Below are positions 63,478-64,000 of a DNA stretch of 64,000 nt, piece by piece. The stretch lies in contig JAJPHD010000001.1 of the NCBI GenBank assembly GCA_021325455.1, positions 28,306 to 92,305 of the forward strand, read 5' to 3'. Each line of letters starts with the position of its first letter. Within the stretch, counting starts at the first letter, position 1. This DNA is from Actinomycetota bacterium (GTDB lineage Bacteria > Actinomycetota > Acidimicrobiia > Acidimicrobiales > JAJPHD01). Both the position numbers and the translations under genes were made by a program. The notes beneath the pieces were generated by a model that made no database searches, was not told the origin of the DNA, and saw nothing but the letters and a program-made list of their open reading frames with translations.

Positions 63478-64000
63478 CCGCGCCTCACCGCCGGTCCCGA
63501 GGGCCCCGGGGGGCTCACGGCCCCCCCGCCCGCAGCGCCCGCCACGCCCCCCCCTGCCATCTCGGAGGACAGGACCCCGCCCGCCGCATCGGGCCCGGAC
63601 GCCAGGGCGGTGCTCCCCGACCGGCGCTCCCGCCAGCTCGCCACCCGGTCGCGGACGGTGGGGATGATCCCCCGAGGCAGGAGCAGGATCACCACCAGGA
63701 ACAGGGCTCCGTAGACCACGAGGTAGAGGGCGTTGGACGAGAACTGCAGGGTGAAGTACTGCTGGAGAGGCTCGAGTATCAAGGCACCGAGGAGGGGCCC
63801 CGACACCGTCCCCAGGCCGCCCAGGAAGGCCATAAGGGCCACCGATATGTCGAAGAGGGGGTCGAAGGCGAACTGGGGGTACACCTGGCCGATGAAGTAG
63901 GCCCACACCGCTCCAACCATGCCCACCGGCAAGGCGGACAGGGCGAAGGCCGTCAGCTTCACCCTCGAGACCCTCACGCCCAGGCTGAGAGCCCGGTCCT
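63474..64000 (-). CDS. Branched-chain amino acid-type ABC permease (LivM-like), 5' part outside window
   Basis: KLTAFALSA, FLGGLGTVSGPLLGA, LLPRGI. Confidence 0.88.
   Translation of the reverse strand, partial: DRALSLGVRVSRVKLTAFALSALPVGMVGAVWAYFIGQVYPQFAFDPLFDISVALMAFLGGLGTVSGPLLGALILEPLQQYFTLQFSSNALYLVVYGALFLVVILLLPRGIIPTVRDRVASWRERRSGSTALASGPDAAGGVLSSEMAGGGVAGAAGGGAVSPPGPSGPAVRRG

Overview
Very GC-rich actinobacterial DNA, most consistent with Acidimicrobiia (inference from WhiB, the Rv3679/Rv3680-like ATPase pair, an Sdh1-type operon, guaB3 and CIRCE-groESL). Most of the window is core chromosome: DUF929-VKOR, whiB, two ArsA/Get3-like ATPases, tRNA-Pro(CGG), an AAA+/vWA pair, Sdh1, mdh, icd, metF, purNH, sucCD, pcrA, guaA/guaB3, groESL, tsaEBD-rimI, udg, alr, nnr and acpS. 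There are two accessory parts. (1) A ~1.5 kb decayed island after tRNA-Pro is bounded by a 13-bp repeat of the tRNA 3' end and holds two 5'-truncated divergent gene remnants (VapC/PIN and DUF2332). (2) A catabolic cluster of unknown substrate runs from 51.7 kb to the window end: atypical M24 enzyme, TPP E1 alpha/beta without E2/E3, orphan Mo-hydroxylase large subunit, LacI regulator, ACMSD-like amidohydrolase, COG1233 flavoprotein and a Liv-type ABC importer. The strongest signal is in this cluster. The two short ORFs at 58461-59063 form one AhpD/CMD-family reading frame interrupted by a single in-frame UGA exactly at the second Cys of the CxxC motif (CSYU). A bacterial-SECIS-like hairpin follows it, so this is a probable selenoprotein. 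Many genes appear to be leaderless (TAnnnT 6-7 nt before the start codon). All calls are by eye from motifs; no database search or folding computation was run.
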